Shown here one piece after another: positions 63,872-64,000 of a stretch of 64,000 bases of DNA (the first letter of the stretch is position 1; each line of letters starts with the position of its first letter). The notes below the pieces were generated by a model. The model was not told the origin of the DNA. It did no database searches and worked only from the letters and a program-made list of their open reading frames with translations. The position numbers and the translations under genes are program-made. Source of the stretch: Acidobacteriota bacterium (GTDB taxonomy: Bacteria > Acidobacteriota > UBA6911 > RPQK01 > G965218465); contig OZ244623.1 in the NCBI GenBank assembly GCA_965218465.1, forward strand, positions 3,032,237 through 3,096,236, written 5' to 3'.

Positions 63872-64000
63872 TGATCCCTCTCGCTGCGATAGAGTGTCAT
63901 GCAGGTGATGTCGTCCGATTGCGGCGTCTCACCCACGAAGTCTCTCACCGCCTCGAAAACCGCCCGGTTGGCCTCCCGGGAGTCCTTGGGCGCAGACGCC
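63868..64000 (-). CDS. 3' end of a second REC-PP2C phosphatase gene (runs off the right edge)
   Basis: Near-identical to 51479-51611 (QSDDITCMTLYRSERDH). Confidence 0.85.
   Translation of the reverse strand, partial: ASAPKDSREANRAVFEAVRDFVGETPQSDDITCMTLYRSERDH

Larger units (their letters stand above)
63437..64000. repeat. Direct repeat copy B (reaches the window edge)
   Basis: Matches 51048-51611. Confidence 0.93.

Overview
Bacterial chromosome segment, probably Acidobacteriota (inferred from lineage-typical inserts in uL14, uL6, SecY and SecF and the tgt-yajC-secDF-tonB/exbBD gene order). 1-16.4 kb: fused str/S10/spc/alpha ribosomal cluster from the fusA 3' end to rplQ, lacking adk and infA. 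16.5-42 kb: a non-Tat molybdopterin oxidoreductase with an FeS-NrfD fusion partner, a DPP-IV peptidase, RtcB, a YfhO-type membrane protein, a Tat oxidoreductase, tgt-yajC-secD-secF, tonB-exbB-exbD-exbD-TPR, and a small RGPP-ending leader ORF whose RGPP codons can pair with the Shine-Dalgarno of a His/acid-rich TonB-dependent receptor. 42.3-64 kb: an all-minus-strand accessory block. It holds a decaying CP-ATP-grasp/amt/alpha-E/transglutaminase locus with an AlgE-type porin, and a STAS/REC-PP2C/anti-sigma/binding-protein/kinase partner-switching module that is partly duplicated 12.4 kb away. Between the two copies lie hpnCDE, an Lcp/MpaB-type oxygenase, an MMPL/LolA-like/beta-barrel export triad and an IS110 relic. 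Best novelty candidates are the His-type metal-sensing arrest leader and the squalene-oxygenase-export cluster. All calls are from reading the sequence; no searches were run.
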